Assembly: GCA_965218095.1 (NCBI GenBank)
Contig: OZ244587.1
Span: 4,765,203-4,829,202, forward strand
From: Candidatus Poribacteria bacterium
GTDB lineage: Bacteria; Poribacteria; WGA-4E; PCPOR2b
Direction: 5' to 3'
DNA: 64,000 nucleotides
A model generated the notes under the pieces. That model made no database searches and was not told the DNA's origin. It was given only the letters and a program-made list of their open reading frames with translations. Shown one piece after another: positions 58,831 to 64,000 of the stretch (the first letter of the stretch is position 1; every line of letters begins with the position of its first letter). The translations under genes were made by a program, and so were the position numbers.

Positions 58831-58974
58831 TGGTAAGGATGATTCCGCAAAAATAGCTTGCCTAAGTCAACTCATTGGGCTATAATATTTTGATAAGGCA
58901 GGGAAGTCCAACCGGTAGTTCCGCAGTTAAGTTCAGTGGATCCCCGTCTTGTCAAGTTATAACTTTATACTTTA

Positions 58975-59616
58975 GTGGGGTGCTACCAAGCGATGAGCAG
59001 CGAAGATTATTTTGATCAGGTTGCGGATCAATGGGACAGCCTCCAGGCGAGTTTCTATTCGGAGAAAGTTAGAGACCGGGCGCTTGCTACCGCCGCCGTG
59101 CGAGCGGGCGGCATTGCTGCTGATATTGGCTGCGGTAGCGGCTTCATCACTGAAGGGTTGATCCATGCCGGACTGCATGTGGTTGCCGTCGATCAGTCCG
59201 AAGCCATGCTGGCAGAAATGAAAAGGAAGTTCGCCGACATTGTCGACATTGACTACCGCCGTGGAGAGGCAGAGCAGTTACCGATTTCCGACGACTCTGT
59301 GGATTACGCCTTCGCCAACATGTATCTCCATCACGTCGAAAGTCCACTGATGGCAATCAAGGAAATGGCGCGGATTTTGAAGCCAGGCGGGGCATTGGTG
59401 ATTACAGATCTGGATGATCACACCTTTGAATTTCTGAGAGATGAACATTATGATCGCTGGCTGGGTTTCGACAGACAGCAGGTTCGACAATGGTTTATGG
59501 AAGCAGGACTCCGGCGTGTGGCTGTGGACTGTGTGGGTGAACATTGCTGCGTTCAATCCAATGGTGAGAGCCAGTCTGCCAGTATCAACATATTCGTGGC
59601 GTCAGGTGAGAAATGA
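58975..59616 (+). CDS. Class I SAM-dependent methyltransferase (type 11)
   Basis: Motif I AADIGCGSGFIT. The start is possibly the Met at 58993. Confidence 0.75.
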   Translation: MGCYQAMSSEDYFDQVADQWDSLQASFYSEKVRDRALATAAVRAGGIAADIGCGSGFITEGLIHAGLHVVAVDQSEAMLAEMKRKFADIVDIDYRRGEAEQLPISDDSVDYAFANMYLHHVESPLMAIKEMARILKPGGALVITDLDDHTFEFLRDEHYDRWLGFDRQQVRQWFMEAGLRRVAVDCVGEHCCVQSNGESQSASINIFVASGEK

Positions 59617-60037
59617 ACGTGAGGCAAAGCCATGCGTATCATACTGAGTCAAAAGGTACGCTGGAAGCGCTTATCGAACTAAGAAATCAAGCAGAGGAAA
59701 ACAGACAGAGAAATCTGTAAACTTTGATTAGCACGTTCAAGAGATACGACTGCGCGTCCGGCGTTATCAACTCAAGCAACGCGCGTAGCAGCCCCACCGC
59801 CCTTCACGCCGTCGCCCGCGGGATGCAGACGAACATCAGGGCTAGTTCAGTTGGCGATGAAACGTCGGGAACAGTGGTTGAAAGATGGGCGTTTGGAAAA
59901 ACTGGATCCAAGACACTACCGTCTACATCTCGATTGAAAATCTGTCGGTTGGTTTGAACAACCGTGAGCCCCAACGTATGTCCGTGCTTGTTGGGTATCG
60001 TGCATCAACCTGACCTACCGATTATTCCACAATCCGG

Positions 60038-61042
60038 TTACGCCTTGTAAAACTCGACGTGCTGTCCACCTAGCACGAGCTCGGCAACCTTTTCCACCAG
60101 CGCATCGCACTGTACTTCCTCTAGCCCGACGAACGACCGTGCCAGCGTAATCTTTTCCTTCATCTGTTCGGGGTTATCGGCTCCGGCGATCAGCACACTG
60201 ATCGGCAGCGACCAGACAAAACGGACTGCCTCGTCGATACTGACCCGGTAGGGGATGAGTTTTGGCTTGTCTCCATGCTCTCCCTGCTTGGAACCACCGA
60301 AGAATCCACCATTCGCTAACGTCTTCATCGCCAACACGCCGATCTTCCGCTCAACCAGTATGGGAAGCACGCCCTTGATAAAACTCGCGTAGCTCGGGTC
60401 AGCCAGATTGATAGGCATTTGACAGGTGTCGAAGATGTCCGATTTTTCAAGCACGCGCTGGTGAGCCAAAGGACTGTTATGACCGGTGAACCCGATATAG
60501 CGCGTCTTACCGGATGCCTTTGCCTCAGTCATGACATCAAACATGCCCTGCTGAATGCGGCCGTCCACATCATCTGGATCTTGCACCGAGTGTACCTGCC
60601 ACAGGTCGAGATAATCTGTCCTCAATCGACGCAACGAGCCTTCAAGATGACGCCTGGCGCCATCGGCGTCATGGGCGGTGGTTTTGGTCATGAGAAAAAC
60701 GGTGTCGCGGTATTTGGGCGTCAGCAACCGACCTAAGCGGCTTTCGCTGCCGCCATCCTGGTAGGACTCTGCCGAATCGAAGAATCGCACGCCGCCTTCA
60801 AGCGCCGTTTCAATCGCAGCCTGTGCATCGCGCTCATTATGCATCCGTCCGATGTGCCACCCGCCCACGCCGAGCATTGTCACCGTTTCGCCGGTGCGTC
60901 CCAGCGTGCGCGTCGGCAAAAGTTCGCCCAAACGATCGCTTTCCTGACGGTCTCCACCGGCGTTGGTTTGAGATGATGACAATACCCCTGCTGTTAAATC
61001 AGTCAACGATTTTAGAAACATTCGTTGTTCTTGCATAATCAA
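60038..61042 (-). CDS. Aldo/keto reductase family oxidoreductase
   Basis: AKR core motifs (...GFTGHNSP..., LAMKTLANGG). 334 aa. Confidence 0.75.
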   Translation of the reverse strand: MIMQEQRMFLKSLTDLTAGVLSSSQTNAGGDRQESDRLGELLPTRTLGRTGETVTMLGVGGWHIGRMHNERDAQAAIETALEGGVRFFDSAESYQDGGSESRLGRLLTPKYRDTVFLMTKTTAHDADGARRHLEGSLRRLRTDYLDLWQVHSVQDPDDVDGRIQQGMFDVMTEAKASGKTRYIGFTGHNSPLAHQRVLEKSDIFDTCQMPINLADPSYASFIKGVLPILVERKIGVLAMKTLANGGFFGGSKQGEHGDKPKLIPYRVSIDEAVRFVWSLPISVLIAGADNPEQMKEKITLARSFVGLEEVQCDALVEKVAELVLGGQHVEFYKA

Positions 61043-61729
61043 AACCTCCTCTTCACCGGACTATGGCTCGGCTATTCCGAATTATGCACATCCCTCAACT
61101 AAGTGAGGGTGGTTCATAATTCAATGCGCGTCATTGCTGGCCTCGGGTAAGTTTGTAGTCGGGCGATTTATCGCCCGTCTCAACGCGCAATGAATTGCGC
61201 TACTACCAACCGCTTATTTTAACAAGAATTTTTTGCCAGGGAACTTATAGCAAGTAAAACGCGCGCTTCTCCCGTCAGCCTGAGCGAAGTGAAGCATCTC
61301 TTGTACCTTAACGAGGAGATTCTTCACTGCGCTCTATTAGACTTCCAAGAAACTACCCGCAATGAGTTCAGGACCTATTTCTACAATCTCCAATTGATAA
61401 TTCCCTCGAATAGGCAAAGTCGGAACGGCGGCACGAAATTTTTTCGCGGCGGTTTTTTCGGCGGCATTTTTTGAAAATTAGATTCGACTTCGCGGGTAGC
61501 CAAAAAGGTAGGCTACCCGACCTCTTGGGTCGTTCTTCTTCCAACCAACAGTGTTGGCGGTCGGACTTTGCTTTCTCTCGTGCATATTTTTCAGCACGCT
61601 TTTTTTGTTCGTCGGATAGCTCGAAGTTTTCCTCGATAGCAGTGCGCAACCAACCAGCAGGGTTTTCGGAGATAAGCGGGGTAAAGTGTCCTTATCCATC
61701 AACTCAAACCTGACAGACCAGTACCAAAA

Positions 61730-62950
61730 TTAAAACCCCATAAGTCCACAACAGCGACGGCAGACAGGCATGGGGCCTTCGGTGCTGATAGAGCTTCGGA
61801 ATTTCCGGGCGGCTTCATTATTCCACATGTCCGTGACAGCATCCGTTTTGATGTTGCCGATGATGTAGTCGTGGTAATCACGGCAGAGGCTGACATCACC
61901 GTTGCTATCGATTTCCATCGTCATGTGGATGCTGACACACTGATTGTAATCGAAGACTTCACTGTGATCTGTGTAGTATCGGTTGATCTCCTCTTTTGTG
62001 TTGAGGCTTGGCATCATCATCGGTAGGCACCGTTGTTGTGCTTTCGAGAGCTTCTCCATTTCCTCAAATTTATTGAGGATGGCGCCGTGATCGAAATCTT
62101 TCCATGTCCCGATCCAGCCGTAGTGGGTTTGGGGCTTGAAACCGAAACGGCGCTCAAAATCTTCTGTGTGTGCCTGTGCAGAATGCGAGTCGATCCACCA
62201 CGTCAGGTAGAAAATCTGTGCATCTGCGTACTGGCTTGTGAATTTGTAGAGATCGACGACATTGTCGATATTGTACATGGTGATGCAACTGAGCGGGACA
62301 ATATATGGAAATGCTAGATTACGACGCTGCTTCTCTTCGCTGAGTGTTTCGAGCGCTGCTTTCACATCCTTGAAGTTGTCATAGTTTCCTGTGACCCCGG
62401 GACGCTGATTGTTGTGAATCTCCGCATTTGGTCCATCAACGCTCAAGTAAAGAATCTTGCATGTTTCAAGAATATCGTCCGCACGCCTGGCCAGGTTCGT
62501 GCCGTTGGTTACGAGCGAGATTGCCATGCCTCGGTCTTTAATATAGTGCAACAGCTCAAGTAAACCGGGATAGAGCATCGGCTCGCCGCCCCAAATGTAC
62601 CACACAGGCGACCAGCCAGCATCAAGGATCTGATCAACAAGTCGTTTGTAGATTTCAACAGGAACCTCCCGCTGTTTCAGTTCTTTGAGGGACTTGTCAA
62701 GCAGATAGCCGTTATCTCCCCACTGCCCGCAGGAGTGACAGCGCAGGTTGCACATATCTGTTATTCGTAGACTCACCAGTTGGACGGCATCCCCTTTACC
62801 GTGCCTGGCTCCAAATGGGTGTCTCCAGTTGAAGGTCTCCTTCGCCATCTGGTATTTCATGAGCGTGTAGGTGGTCGCCCAATCATCTGACATCGCTGTT
62901 GCGAGTTGACTTACAAGAAAACGGGGTGAAACTCGACTTCGAGTCGCCAT
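61730..62950 (-). CDS. Radical SAM protein with a C-terminal Cys-rich (SPASM/twitch-like) region
   Basis: CNLRCHSC (CX3CX2C). C-terminal ...VCRRCCG... Confidence 0.7.
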   Translation of the reverse strand: MATRSRVSPRFLVSQLATAMSDDWATTYTLMKYQMAKETFNWRHPFGARHGKGDAVQLVSLRITDMCNLRCHSCGQWGDNGYLLDKSLKELKQREVPVEIYKRLVDQILDAGWSPVWYIWGGEPMLYPGLLELLHYIKDRGMAISLVTNGTNLARRADDILETCKILYLSVDGPNAEIHNNQRPGVTGNYDNFKDVKAALETLSEEKQRRNLAFPYIVPLSCITMYNIDNVVDLYKFTSQYADAQIFYLTWWIDSHSAQAHTEDFERRFGFKPQTHYGWIGTWKDFDHGAILNKFEEMEKLSKAQQRCLPMMMPSLNTKEEINRYYTDHSEVFDYNQCVSIHMTMEIDSNGDVSLCRDYHDYIIGNIKTDAVTDMWNNEAARKFRSSISTEGPMPVCRRCCGLMGF

Positions 62951-63061
62951 AATTTTCCTTTCTATCTATGAAGAATAAAACGTGAAACGCAATGCGTAAA
63001 TGTACTCCTGAACTCTTGACTCTCCGATGGATCGGAATTTCCGTTTCGCTCCAACCTGAAC

Positions 63062-64000
63062 CTATTTCCCTTCGTTTCCTCCTTCCATTCTGCTACTCTT
63101 CCTCTTGTCTCCTTGTCCTTCTGTTATCCGTCCTAAGACACGGCACTTCGTGGCTGAAAGGATTTCGTACCGGACACCGCCCCATACAATCTTGTTCTGA
63201 AATAGGGCATACAGTGTGTTCAGACCCGCGACACACATGGATATGGGGGTAACAAGCGAGGTCATCCGGATGCTTTCGCGCATCTTGGGCATATCTCTCA
63301 GCCAACGGGGCAGGTTTCGGGTGAAGAAACGGTAATTCTGAATCTCAATAAATGGAACAAGGAGAACAGGGAGTAGCCGATCGGAATAGAATATAAACGC
63401 GATTGAACCAAACACAAGCAAAACTTTGGGCAGAAGCACGAGCAGGGCGCCTGCCCATTGTGTTTTAAGCCCCATCCGGAAGGTCATCACCATTTGCCGG
63501 TTGGTAAACTCCATGATCTGCTTCCACGTACGTTTTTCGGTGTGCGTAACCGCAACGCAATCAGGGACAAAATGAACCTTGAGTTTCAAGTCTCTCACCG
63601 CATGCGTCAAATTGTGATCTTCAATGGGGGCGTTTTCCCAGCGTTGCAACACCTTGCCTTTCTCAAAAGATTCGCGGCGGATTGCATTGGAGCCGCCCCA
63701 AACCATAGCGAGTGGGTGATCGCCCTGTAACGCAATCTGGAAGTTAACCCAGATCGCCTCGACAAGCGACGCTGCGTTCAGGGTATGTGGGTAATAAAAT
63801 CTTGCCCCCACTGTTGCACCGATTTTCTTATCCTGGAGCGGTTGGACGAGCAGTGTCAGCCAATTTCTCTGAATTGTTGCATCCGCATCAACAAAGGCGA
63901 TAACTTCAACATCATCTGGAAATGCCAAGATTGCTGTCATCAGATTCTGCACTTTCTGCGAACGTGGCAAGGAGTTATCTATGATATTTGGCGCCAATAG
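63062..64000 (-). CDS. Family 2 glycosyltransferase with a C-terminal membrane region; the N-terminus lies beyond the window edge
   Basis: DADA (DxD) motif. Hydrophobic C-terminal segments. The ORF is open to the window end. Confidence 0.55.
   Translation of the reverse strand, partial: LLAPNIIDNSLPRSQKVQNLMTAILAFPDDVEVIAFVDADATIQRNWLTLLVQPLQDKKIGATVGARFYYPHTLNAASLVEAIWVNFQIALQGDHPLAMVWGGSNAIRRESFEKGKVLQRWENAPIEDHNLTHAVRDLKLKVHFVPDCVAVTHTEKRTWKQIMEFTNRQMVMTFRMGLKTQWAGALLVLLPKVLLVFGSIAFIFYSDRLLPVLLVPFIEIQNYRFFTRNLPRWLRDMPKMRESIRMTSLVTPISMCVAGLNTLYALFQNKIVWGGVRYEILSATKCRVLGRITEGQGDKRKSSRMEGGNEGK

Overview
This is a 64-kb bacterial chromosomal window (about 50-55% GC, standard genetic code, with TGA and TAG both used as stops). 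Several AT-rich accessory islets sit inside it. The dominant feature is a complete type I-D CRISPR-Cas locus at 8.2-24.0 kb: a cas3' helicase, a large cas10d-like subunit carrying an N-terminal HD motif, csc2/cas7, csc1/cas5, cas6, a fused cas4-cas1, cas2 and a CRISPR array of about 65 repeats of 37 nt. Four things around that locus are unusual. (1) An orphan degenerate repeat-spacer-repeat mini-array lies just before a strong sigma70-like promoter and a small ORF upstream of cas3', in a CreTA/CreR-like arrangement. (2) A higBA-like toxin-antitoxin pair is inserted antisense between cas6 and cas4-cas1. (3) A 78-bp tandem repeat (about 4.4 copies) reiterates the 3' end of cas4-cas1 and contains the last 11 nt of the CRISPR repeat. 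(4) A WYL-domain regulator gene sits upstream. Elsewhere the window holds a tandem-rhodanese gene with an in-frame TGA exactly at the catalytic cysteine (candidate selenoprotein or pseudogene), and two identical 155-bp palindromic MITE-like elements bracketing a 9.5-kb segment, plus a 25-nt relic. It also holds a decaying type I restriction-modification island: intact hsdR; embedded Fic gene with four palindromic operator-like repeats upstream; hsdS split by an in-frame TAG; hsdM reduced to an N-terminal stub; three unknown small ORFs. A trp attenuator (leader peptide with W-H-W-W-W plus terminator) precedes hisI-trpE-(methyltransferase)-trpG. An HNH endonuclease gene lies in an AT-rich islet next to serS and tRNA-Asp/tRNA-Val. 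The rest is housekeeping or accessory metabolism: Lpd-family oxidoreductase, MobA/MoeA, M28 and M3 peptidases, SPFH protein, zinc alcohol dehydrogenase, amidohydrolase, anSME-like radical SAM, phosphodiester glycosidase, triheme c-type cytochrome, aldo/keto reductase, GT2. All calls rest on motif and architecture reading of the supplied ORF translations and the DNA. No database searches were run.
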